The notes under the pieces were generated by a model. That model did no database searches. It was not told where the DNA came from and saw only the letters and a list, made by a program, of their open reading frames with translations. Made by a program: the position numbers and the translations under genes. Below are positions 49,383 to 58,287 of a stretch of DNA of 64,000 nt, in pieces. How positions within the stretch are numbered: position 1 is the first letter of the stretch; every line of letters starts with the position of its first letter. The stretch lies in the NCBI GenBank assembly GCA_011390275.1, contig JAABST010000018.1:17204-81203 (forward strand), read 5' to 3'. This DNA is from Geitlerinema sp. S16. GTDB lineage: Bacteria > Cyanobacteriota > Cyanobacteriia > Cyanobacteriales > Geitlerinemataceae.

Positions 49383-50495
49383 GTGGTTAGTTTCTTTAAA
49401 AACCTGTTTTCGCGATCGAAGAACGGCATTGGCCTAGAGATCTGCCCTGATCGTGTCAACCTGATTAAGCTCAAAAGGCAGGGTAGCTCCGGTTATAAAC
49501 TCGACCTATTCGCAACGGAAGAAGTCCCGGAAGGCATTTTCGTCGAGGGCGAAATTATCGATCGTCCCGCCATGGCGTCATTGCTTGATGACTTTGTCAC
49601 CGCCAATAAGATTAACGCCAAGAACATCGCAACAGCGATCCCCGGACGCGAATCGATCGTCCGACTCGTTCCGGTTCCCGCCGAACTCGAAGACGAAAAC
49701 GAACTCCGTGACTACATCAACCAAGAGGCGGGGCTATACCTACCGTTTCCGCGCGAAGAGGCCGACGTTGACTATCAGCGACTCGGTTCGTTTGTTGATG
49801 AAGATGATGTGGAAAAAGTCCAGGTCTTGCTCGTCGCAACGCGCAAAGACGTAATCGATAGCTACATCGCCACGTTTCGAGAAGCGGGTTTAGCGCTTGA
49901 TATCATCGAGGTCAGCAGCTTTTCTATTTTGCGGATTATCCGCGACCAACTCCAGCAGTTCACGCCCGCCGAAGCGTCGGTGCTGGTCGATCTCGAATTT
50001 GATAGCACTGAACTCGTGGTGATCGTTGACGGTGTACCGCAATTTTCGCGCACCATCCCGCTGGGTTGTTTTCAGATCCAAAGCGCCCTTTCCGAGGCGA
50101 TGAATTTGCCACCATCGCGTAATATCGAACTACTTCAGGGTATGACCTTGCCGATCGACGGCGTGGATACGATGACGATGGGTACGATGGGGGGGAATAA
50201 TCCCGGAACAACGGCCATGATGAAAGTACTCGGTGAACTGGCGGACGAAGTCCGACGCTCGATCGATTTTTATCTTAATCAAAGCGACGGACTCGAAGTG
50301 GCGCAGATTTTTCTGGTGGGTCCGGGTAGCTCGATCGGACAGCTCGATGAGTTCTTTATGCAGCGATTAAGTATCCCAACGACCCAAATTGATCCCGTCG
50401 ATAGTTTGGGGCTTGATATTAGTGAAGAACTCCTACCACCCGTCCAGCGACCTGGGCTTGGCGTGGTTCTCGGCCTTAGCCTCCGGGAGGTGTAG
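49383..50495 (+). CDS. pilM: Type IV pilus assembly protein PilM
   Basis: An actin-like ATPase fold pattern is present. The N-terminus ...IGLEICPDRVNLIKLK is typical of PilM, and pilN/O/Q follow. Confidence 0.9.
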   Translation: MVSFFKNLFSRSKNGIGLEICPDRVNLIKLKRQGSSGYKLDLFATEEVPEGIFVEGEIIDRPAMASLLDDFVTANKINAKNIATAIPGRESIVRLVPVPAELEDENELRDYINQEAGLYLPFPREEADVDYQRLGSFVDEDDVEKVQVLLVATRKDVIDSYIATFREAGLALDIIEVSSFSILRIIRDQLQQFTPAEASVLVDLEFDSTELVVIVDGVPQFSRTIPLGCFQIQSALSEAMNLPPSRNIELLQGMTLPIDGVDTMTMGTMGGNNPGTTAMMKVLGELADEVRRSIDFYLNQSDGLEVAQIFLVGPGSSIGQLDEFFMQRLSIPTTQIDPVDSLGLDISEELLPPVQRPGLGVVLGLSLREV

Positions 50496-50497
50496 CG

Positions 50498-51292
50498 ATG
50501 TACAGCATTGAAATTAACTTCCTCGACGATCGCCCAGAATACAACCCCGAGGTTTTAGCCGCATCTTCGGGGTCGGGCGCTCCGCCGATGAGCATTGAGG
50601 GTCAAACGGCGCTGATTATCGGCGGCGCGGTGGCTGCGACGGCTCTCGCCCTGGTGGGTGGCGCGTGGTTTTACCTCACCCGCATTTCGATTCCCCAACT
50701 CGAAGCCAGACAGAGCGATCTTGATAGCGAACTCGCGGTCTATCTCAAAAAAGAGGAGGAACTACAGGCGCTGAATGATGAAACAGCGCAAATCACGGGG
50801 CAAACAGAATCCTTAGCCGGGGTCTTTAATTTTGTGACGCCCTGGTCGGCGGTGCTGCAAGATCTACGCGATCGCACCCCGCCCGGTGTACGCATCAACG
50901 GCATCGTACAAAGTGAACCCAAAAAAGGGGGATCGGCAGCTCCTCCGGAGGGCGAAGCCACCGAAGGGGCGACCTCGATCATTGTGATCAGCGGGATTGC
51001 GAGTTCTTTTAGCGAAGTGAGCGATCTGTTGGTGGTCTTGCAGCAGTCGAGCTTTTTTGATGGATCGGCGACACGTCTACTCAGTTCGGAGATGGCGGAC
51101 AATCCCGGTAAAGTCATCCAAGCCTCAGAGACGCAGTTCAAAGGAAATCTAGACCAAGTTGTTACCTTTGAGATTGAAACGCAGCTTGAACGCGTGGCGG
51201 CATCGAGTATCTTAGGCGAATTGGAAGCTAAAGGCGCAACGGGTCTCGTTAGCCGTATTCGCCGATTGCAAACCCGAGGAGTTATCGAATAA
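50498..51292 (+). CDS. pilN: Type IV pilus assembly protein PilN
   Basis: N-terminal INFL is followed by a single TM helix and a coiled coil. The gene starts 2 nt after pilM. Confidence 0.8.
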   Translation: MYSIEINFLDDRPEYNPEVLAASSGSGAPPMSIEGQTALIIGGAVAATALALVGGAWFYLTRISIPQLEARQSDLDSELAVYLKKEEELQALNDETAQITGQTESLAGVFNFVTPWSAVLQDLRDRTPPGVRINGIVQSEPKKGGSAAPPEGEATEGATSIIVISGIASSFSEVSDLLVVLQQSSFFDGSATRLLSSEMADNPGKVIQASETQFKGNLDQVVTFEIETQLERVAASSILGELEAKGATGLVSRIRRLQTRGVIE

Positions 51293-52224
51293 TGAGTCAA
51301 GCAGACGATTTTTTGGAAGAAGAGGAAGGCATTGCCCTCTTTGGGATTTCAATGTCACCGACCATCCTGGGGGCGATCTTGGCGGTCGTCGGGATTGCCG
51401 GAGCGGTTTGGCTGGGTTTAAAACTGGTGAAGCCTGCGATCGATGAGCGATCGTTGCTTGCCGCTGATATTTCCACGAAGGAAGATCAGCTCAGTCAACA
51501 GGGAGACATTCAGGCGCGTATCGAAGCGGCTCAAGACGAGCGCAGCGCTGCTCAGACTGTCCAGCGCGAAGTCCTCAGCATGTTCGCCAGCAAAGATAGT
51601 CTGAGTACGCTGCTACTCGATTTAAACCAGCAAATCGAGCAGCGTAATACCGAACAGGCGACCCCGATCGCGGCTCGCTTGACAGCCCGTCAGTGTCCGG
51701 CCTATGTCGTGAACAAATTTCAAGAAATCAAGGATAAGACCAGCGGTTTTTTTGCGGTGGCCGAAATGCGTGGGTTTGATCCGGTCGTTTTGGATACCAA
51801 CTCAGCCCAGGCGAATGCGGCGGCGATCTCCGAGGATGGTTTAGAGCTGGTGCAAGACGGGTCGCTTGGTTCCGCTGCCAATGGCCAGGTTAAGCGTCAG
51901 ACGTACACGGTCTCGTTTGCGGGCAGTTTTCCGCAAACCCAGGCCATTTTTCGTCAGCTTGAGCAGCTTCAACCTTTGCTCACGGTGAAGGATGTCAACA
52001 TGGACGTGGTTGAGCGTCCCATTTTGTTTGGCAGTACGGGAGCGTTGGACACCTGTCAGCCGGACTTACCGCTTGAGACCACGTTTACCTTGCAGGCGTT
52101 GTTACCGCTTTCCGCACAAGAGTTAGCTCAACAGGCCGATGAGGCGAAGGCGGCGGAGGAAGCGGCGGCGGAGGGTGCGGCTCCTGAGGGTGCGGCTCCT
52201 GAGGGTGCGGCTCCTGCTGAATAG
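51292..52224 (+). CDS. pilO: Type IV pilus assembly protein PilO-like
   Basis: A single TM helix (ILGAILAVVGIAGAVWLGL) and a coiled coil are present. The start overlaps the pilN stop. The C-terminus carries EGAAP x3. Confidence 0.7.
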   Translation: MSQADDFLEEEEGIALFGISMSPTILGAILAVVGIAGAVWLGLKLVKPAIDERSLLAADISTKEDQLSQQGDIQARIEAAQDERSAAQTVQREVLSMFASKDSLSTLLLDLNQQIEQRNTEQATPIAARLTARQCPAYVVNKFQEIKDKTSGFFAVAEMRGFDPVVLDTNSAQANAAAISEDGLELVQDGSLGSAANGQVKRQTYTVSFAGSFPQTQAIFRQLEQLQPLLTVKDVNMDVVERPILFGSTGALDTCQPDLPLETTFTLQALLPLSAQELAQQADEAKAAEEAAAEGAAPEGAAPEGAAPAE

Positions 52225-52519
52225 TGGCGCGATCGCAATCTCGGGCGGTTTCGCCTGACGGTGAATCACGAGGTCTACGGTATGGTCTATTCGGATTGTG
52301 ACGTTCGTTCGTGTCGATTAGAGCCATGCTGTCGGTTTCGCAAATTTGCGGTTAAATTGGGTCAGGTTGCAACGGTGTATGGTTGGGGTATGGTTGGGGG
52401 CGATCTCACGGAATAGTGAGCGATCCCGGTTGTACGGTTGTGAGTTTCGATAATGTATCGATCGATTTTTGGTTTAAGCGGCTAAACTCGATCGCGACCC
52501 TGCCATTCAGGGGCAAACT

Positions 52520-55015
52520 GTGGCACAGATGAGGAGTAATGCGGTGAAACATGTTTTAAAGTTGGGTGGACTCGGTTTGAGTGCAGCGTTAGTCGGCCTT
52601 GCGCCGGAGATCGCTCAGGCAGAACCCACGCAGGTCACGAATGTTGAGGTGGTCTCGACGGCCAATGGATTGCAGCTCATCATGGAGACGGCGGCGGGCG
52701 ATCGTCCGCAGATTTTTTTGGTGAAGCGCGGTTCGGATCTGGTCGCGGATCTGATCAATACCCAGCTCAGTTTGCCCCAGGGTGAGAGTTTTAGTCAGGC
52801 GAACCCGGCGGAGGGGATTGCGTCGATTTCGGTTTCGGCGCTGGATACGAACAGCACGCGCGTTGTTGTTTCGGGTTATGGGGTCGCGCCGGAGGGTCGG
52901 GCGATCGATGATGGGTCGTCGGGTGGCATTGTTTTGAGTTATGCGGCGGGTGAGGGTGCGGCGCTGGGTAGCGCGATCGTGCCGCCGGGATTGTCGGGTG
53001 TGCCGATCGCGCAGGCTCAGGGTCAGCCGCCGGGGATGCGTCCGCCGTCTCGCAATTCGCCGGATGTGTTGATTCCGAATCCGGATATTCGTGTTGATGG
53101 TGTGCCGGTGAATGGGATCGGGCCGATTAATCCGGTTCCGCCGTTCCAGCAGCGGGCAGTTGCGCCGCCGGTGGGTGATATTGCGATTTCTTCGACGGAT
53201 GTGTCGGGGTTTACGTTGAATTTACGGACGGCGGAGCGGGTTCCGCGTTTGGTGCTGCGTGAGGCTCCGGTGGAGGATGTGTTGGCGTTGTTGGCGCGGG
53301 CTGCGGGGCTGAATTTGGCCTATGTGGCGGAGGGTCAGGGAGATAGTACGACCGGGGATATGTCCGGGCGGCGGACGATCTCGCTCGACGTCGAAAATGA
53401 GTCGGTACAGGAGGTGTTTAACAATGTGTTGCGTTTGAGTGGGCTTGAGGCCAACTTGATGGGCAATACGGTGGTTGTGGGCAATAGTTTGCCGGATGAG
53501 GCGCGGAATGTCATCACGCGGACACTTCGTTTGAATCAGACAGAGGTCTTAACCGCTCGCGATTTTTTGCTATCGTATGGCGCTGAGGCGGCTTTACTCT
53601 CAACTCAGATTCAAAGTCAAACGATTCGAGAAGGTCAGCCCGGTGAGCTGTCCTCTGTGAGTTCAACCACTACAACCTCCCGCACACGGTTAGAGCAACT
53701 AGGCTTAGATACCAAGGATCAACCTTACACTGGCTATGCTACGCTCCCTCTCCGTGGTCTTTTGGTTTCGATCGCGCCCCGTGCCTCAGGCGTGAATGAA
53801 GTGGCGAATGAAATTTCGCTAACGGGAGATCCGCGTAAGGTGGAAATTGCGACTCAACTTTTAAGCCAGCTTGAAACACGTCGCCGTCAGGTTGCAGTCA
53901 ACGTCAAAATCGTTGATGTTTCACTTAGCAATCAGGATATTTATAACTCAAGTTTTTCGTTTGGAGTCGGGGATACCTTCATATCTAGTGATGGCGGATC
54001 TGGTGTCGTCAACTTTGGTGGTGTAAATCCTCCGAGTTCATCGACTATCACGAATGGAGTGGTCACGCCACCGATCATTAATAATCCTCTAAGTGGTGAT
54101 GTTTTCTTTGACACCAACAACTCCTTTACTATTCCAGGCACACTTCCCGATACTGTAATTGTCGATGCTAACGGCCAAGTAACACGCTTTCCCTCTAGTC
54201 CTGGATCATTTTTTAATCCTCAGACAGGGGTCTCTGAAGATCCCACATCTGTGGGAATCACTGGAATTGATTTAGCAACTGATACGGTCATCAGTCGGAA
54301 TGCAGATGGTTCAACTACGGTTGCACTAGGAGAGGCAGGACAAATAACCGCTAGTATCATTGACTTGTTCCGTTACCCCACTCGTTTCCTCTCAACGCTA
54401 CAAGCACAGGTTATTAACGGTAATGCTAAGATTCTGACTGATCCGACCTTAGTTATTCAAGAAGGTCAAACTAGTGTCGTCAGCCTCACTTCAGAAGTTG
54501 TAGGACAGGTTACGGTTGATTTTACCGATACGCCTGCTGGGACACGCGAAACGCGAAGCGTAACAAAGCAACCGGTCGGCCTAACATTGGCAGTTAGTGT
54601 TAGTCGAATTGATGACAACGGTTTTGTCACCATTACGGCTAACCCAAGCGTCAGCTCTCCTGTGTCACAAGAAAACACAGGAGATGGTGCTTTTGTAACG
54701 CTGATTCAGGAACGATCCGTTCAATCAGGTCAGGTTCGGATGCGTGATGGCCAAACTCTCATTCTTTCTGGAATTATTCAAGATACAGATCGGACAACTG
54801 TGACAAAAGTTCCGATTTTAGGTGATATCCCACTACTTGGAGCATTATTCCGCAGTACTCGACGTACCAACGAACGCCAAGAAGTAATCGTCTTACTAAC
54901 CCCCAACATCCTCGATGATTCTGATTACAACACCTTCGGCTACGGCTACACCCCCAGCCGCGAAGCCCGCGATGTCCTCGAACAACAAGGCAACTTCCAA
55001 TACCCCGGAAACTAA
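52520..55015 (+). CDS. pilQ: Type IV pilus secretin PilQ (AMIN domain + secretin)
   Basis: A signal peptide and an AMIN-like N-terminal domain are followed by the C-terminal secretin motifs (VPILGDIPLLGALFRS...EVIVLLTPNIL). Confidence 0.9.
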   Translation: MAQMRSNAVKHVLKLGGLGLSAALVGLAPEIAQAEPTQVTNVEVVSTANGLQLIMETAAGDRPQIFLVKRGSDLVADLINTQLSLPQGESFSQANPAEGIASISVSALDTNSTRVVVSGYGVAPEGRAIDDGSSGGIVLSYAAGEGAALGSAIVPPGLSGVPIAQAQGQPPGMRPPSRNSPDVLIPNPDIRVDGVPVNGIGPINPVPPFQQRAVAPPVGDIAISSTDVSGFTLNLRTAERVPRLVLREAPVEDVLALLARAAGLNLAYVAEGQGDSTTGDMSGRRTISLDVENESVQEVFNNVLRLSGLEANLMGNTVVVGNSLPDEARNVITRTLRLNQTEVLTARDFLLSYGAEAALLSTQIQSQTIREGQPGELSSVSSTTTTSRTRLEQLGLDTKDQPYTGYATLPLRGLLVSIAPRASGVNEVANEISLTGDPRKVEIATQLLSQLETRRRQVAVNVKIVDVSLSNQDIYNSSFSFGVGDTFISSDGGSGVVNFGGVNPPSSSTITNGVVTPPIINNPLSGDVFFDTNNSFTIPGTLPDTVIVDANGQVTRFPSSPGSFFNPQTGVSEDPTSVGITGIDLATDTVISRNADGSTTVALGEAGQITASIIDLFRYPTRFLSTLQAQVINGNAKILTDPTLVIQEGQTSVVSLTSEVVGQVTVDFTDTPAGTRETRSVTKQPVGLTLAVSVSRIDDNGFVTITANPSVSSPVSQENTGDGAFVTLIQERSVQSGQVRMRDGQTLILSGIIQDTDRTTVTKVPILGDIPLLGALFRSTRRTNERQEVIVLLTPNILDDSDYNTFGYGYTPSREARDVLEQQGNFQYPGN

Positions 55016-55052
55016 CCTAACCCCCAAAACAACCACATAACCTCATCACCCA

Positions 55053-55088
55053 AGCCGTGTTTTCACCCCCCGAAAACACGGCTTTTTT
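55053..55088 (+). terminator. Rho-independent terminator of the pil operon
   Basis: A perfect 12-bp stem AGCCGTGTTTTC/GAAAACACGGCT is followed by TTTTT. Confidence 0.85.
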
Positions 55089-55605
55089 GTCCCCATACAG
55101 AGCCGCCCCCGCCACAACCCGCATCAAATTCCACAAACAACCACGTGAGCCACGATCCCAGACATACGCTAAAAATAGAGCCATCTCGCAGTATGTAAAG
55201 TGTTGATACACCAGCCACCTTCTCAAGAAAAAGCCCTTAGAGTGGCTAAATAGGGAACTTCTGATAATCATAGATATTAAGCTTTCCTGAAATTGACAAC
55301 CTAATAAAAAACTCAAAAAGGCGCTATTTTAACAGTCAGATATCCACATCTCAGACCTCAGATATCTAATTCATGATTGAAAATCGCACCATTTTAAAGC
55401 AATCCGCCCTAGATCCGCACACAACCAAAATCGCCACAACACCCACCTCCGCGAACACAAAGCACAGACAAACCTTGCCGCATCTGACAAAGCCATAAAG
55501 CACTTCCCCTAGACACCACAAGCCCCACGACTGGAATCTATGGGTGCTTAAAAAACGAGACTTCTAGCCTTCGTCCGATTTTTGTCAAACCTGAAATTGA
55601 ATAAC

Positions 55606-57213
55606 ATGAACGTATTGTTGCTCTACCCCCTCTTCCCTAAAACATTTTGGTCCTATGATCACTTTATGGAAATGGCAGACCTCAAAGCCTCCATTCCACC
55701 CCTCGGAATCATCACCGTCGCCGCCTTACTGCCAGAAGCATGGACGATCCGCTTCTTCGATCGCAACGTCAACCCAGAATCCGAAGCCGATTGGGAATGG
55801 TGCGATCTCGTCATTTTGTCATCCATGCTCGTGCAGCAAGACGATTTTCACTCATTAATCCGTAAAGCCGTACGCAACGGCAAAAAAGTCGCCGTCGGTG
55901 GCCCCTACCCCACCTCAATCCCAGACGCGGCACTGGACTCGGGCGCTCATTACTTAATCTTAGATGAAGGGGAAATCACGATTCCGCTCTTCATTGACGC
56001 GATCGAAGCCGGAGACGAACGCGGCATTTTTCGTGCAGCCGAAAAACCCGATGTCAGCACCAGCCCCGTACCACGCTTTGACTTGCTCAAACGCGAGGAT
56101 TACCTGATGATGGCGATCCAGTTCTCCCGAGGCTGCCCCTTTAACTGCGAATTTTGCGACATCATTACCCTCTACGGTCGCAAGCCGCGCACGAAAGACA
56201 TTGACCAAACCTTGCGAGAGTTGCAAACCCTCTACGACTTAGGTTGGCGCGGATCGATCTTTATCGTCGATGATAATTTTATTGGCAATCAGCGTAACGT
56301 CAAACTCTTGCTGCGATCGCTGATCCCCTGGATGGAAGAGCGAGAATATCCCTTCACATTTTTGACCGAAGCCTCGGTGAATTTAGCCGAAGATGAAGAG
56401 CTGCTAGAGCTCATGGCAAAAGCTGGATTTTACGGCGTATTTCTAGGAATTGAAACGCCCGATCAAGACAGCCTCAAAATGACCGGGAAAAATCAAAATA
56501 CCCGTAGCCCTCTGACGGTGGCTTGCGAGCGGATTAATCAAGCTGGACTGATGATTTACGCCGGTTTCATCATCGGATTTGACGCCGAAAAACCGGGCGC
56601 AGGTAAACGAATTCAAGAATTTATCGAAGCAACCTCAATCCCACAGCCCATGCTTGGAATCTTGCAGGCACTACCCAATACAGCGCTGTGGAATCGCCTC
56701 GAAAAAGAAGAGCGGCTACTGGGCATTATGGGAGCCGGGGAGCAAAATACGCTGATGAATTTCGTGCCGACGCGCCCGCTGGCCGAAATCGCCCATGAAT
56801 ATCTCGATGCGCTGTGGGCGATGTATGAACCAACGGCCTACTTAAATCGTTGTTTTCAACATTGCTTGAACATCACGCCAAACCGGTATTCACAACAAAA
56901 GGTGAATTTCCCGATTCGTAAAGCAGTCCGACTCGCGACTAAATTGATCTGGACGCAGGGCATCCAAATGAAGGAGATTCGCGGTCAATTTTGGCGTCAG
57001 TTCTGGGTTATCTTGCGGACGAAGCCGCAATTTCTGAGCCTTTATCTGGGAATCTGCGCCGTTGGCGGACATTTTTGGGAGTATCGGGTTTTAGCGCGGG
57101 AACGGATTACGGAGCAGCTTGGCTACGATCCGCTCGTTTTAAGCCCGATCGCGGTGACTGAACCCTCAACCTTCGAGCTTGCCGAACAGCTACAGACTAG
57201 CGATCGCCGCTAG
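55606..57213 (+). CDS. B12-binding domain-containing radical SAM protein (DUF4070 C-terminal region)
   Basis: The N-terminal B12-binding-like domain begins MNVLLLYP. The radical SAM motif is SRGCPFNCEFCD (CxxxCxxC). The track start TTG 55582 is replaced by ATG 55606. Confidence 0.85.
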   Translation: MNVLLLYPLFPKTFWSYDHFMEMADLKASIPPLGIITVAALLPEAWTIRFFDRNVNPESEADWEWCDLVILSSMLVQQDDFHSLIRKAVRNGKKVAVGGPYPTSIPDAALDSGAHYLILDEGEITIPLFIDAIEAGDERGIFRAAEKPDVSTSPVPRFDLLKREDYLMMAIQFSRGCPFNCEFCDIITLYGRKPRTKDIDQTLRELQTLYDLGWRGSIFIVDDNFIGNQRNVKLLLRSLIPWMEEREYPFTFLTEASVNLAEDEELLELMAKAGFYGVFLGIETPDQDSLKMTGKNQNTRSPLTVACERINQAGLMIYAGFIIGFDAEKPGAGKRIQEFIEATSIPQPMLGILQALPNTALWNRLEKEERLLGIMGAGEQNTLMNFVPTRPLAEIAHEYLDALWAMYEPTAYLNRCFQHCLNITPNRYSQQKVNFPIRKAVRLATKLIWTQGIQMKEIRGQFWRQFWVILRTKPQFLSLYLGICAVGGHFWEYRVLARERITEQLGYDPLVLSPIAVTEPSTFELAEQLQTSDRR

Positions 57214-58011
57214 TTCTAGCCGATCGGCAAAGGCCGCATAAAACTCTGGACGGGCTAGCGCCAAAGCGGGAAACGTCTCGTTCGTATAGTCGCGTTCAGC
57301 TACCAGCGGAAACCGCTCGATCGTCTCGCCCGTTGTGTCGAGAAATCGCCACGTTGCACCACTGGCGCAGACGATCGGCCAGACCGCTGCAATATCCCAA
57401 ATCTTCGGCGTCGCCTCGATCGCGCCCAAACAACTCCCCAACGCCACCGTCAAAAAGTTATAGGTCGAAGCCCCCAACATCCGCACCTTGCACGGCAATG
57501 GATGATGGACTTTATCCACACTGCGCGTACACACACTAAAGAAATGCTGGCCGCTGAGGTCGTCTTGAGCCGCATGAATTGGCTCGCCGTTGAGGAACGC
57601 CGCGATCGGCAGATCCAACCCCGTATCCCCCGGATAACTCCCGTAAAACGTCTGGGATAGCGGCGGAAAATGCACCAAACCAAACACCGGCACACCCCGA
57701 TAGAGCAACCCGAGTGAAACACCCCACACCGGAATACTCCGGGTAAAATTGGTCGTACCATCGATCGGATCGACAATCCAACAAAAATCCGTATCCGGTA
57801 ACGTGCGATCGCCCTCCTCGGTCAAAATGCCGTGTTCCGGAAATTCGGCACGGATCGCCGCGTGTAGCTTCGCGTCGGCAAAGCGATCGGCGCGGGTTAC
57901 CAACGACCCATCCGGCTTCACTTCAGGGATGACGCTAGCATAATCCCGTAGGATGGCCGCGCCAGTTTCACGGGCGAGGCGATCGGCAAATTGGGTCAGG
58001 CGATCGAACAT
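57190..58011 (-). CDS. Inositol monophosphatase family protein
   Basis: The motif WIVDPIDGTTNF is present, plus a downstream WDIAA motif. ATG 58011 (MFDRLTQF) is preferred over the track start at 58113. Confidence 0.85.
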   Translation of the reverse strand: MFDRLTQFADRLARETGAAILRDYASVIPEVKPDGSLVTRADRFADAKLHAAIRAEFPEHGILTEEGDRTLPDTDFCWIVDPIDGTTNFTRSIPVWGVSLGLLYRGVPVFGLVHFPPLSQTFYGSYPGDTGLDLPIAAFLNGEPIHAAQDDLSGQHFFSVCTRSVDKVHHPLPCKVRMLGASTYNFLTVALGSCLGAIEATPKIWDIAAVWPIVCASGATWRFLDTTGETIERFPLVAERDYTNETFPALALARPEFYAAFADRLELAAIASL

Positions 58012-58287
58012 AAGAGTTTGGATGAAAATTTGGGTAAGAATTTGGGGAGGGTGTGAGTCTGAAATATTCTGGCCGATCTCAAGAGGTCTGATGATGGCCT
58101 CGTCTGTCGGCACACTGTACTATTTCTAAGGCTGAAAACAATAGGCTGAACATAGCGAACTCGAAGGCAATATTAGATTAGAAGATTCGGGAAATTACGA
58201 AGACTAGGGTTCGTTAAATCGAAGGGAATAGTCGCGGGAATGATCACGGATAATTTTTGTGTGACGATGAACCCTTGATGTAATGTC

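Noticed and set aside
55017-55316. 99-aa minus-strand ORF downstream of pilQ
   Set aside because: It is the complement of the CA-rich tract, so it is G/T-rich with few stops by composition. It overlaps the pil terminator and has no recognisable motif.
55089-55605. Cobalamin riboswitch upstream of the B12-binding radical SAM gene
   Set aside because: I looked for a B12-box (GCCACTG-like) and the GGGAA/GGTG core. Only AGAGTGGCTAAATAGGGAAC was found, with no supporting helices. The tract is too G-poor to form the riboswitch.
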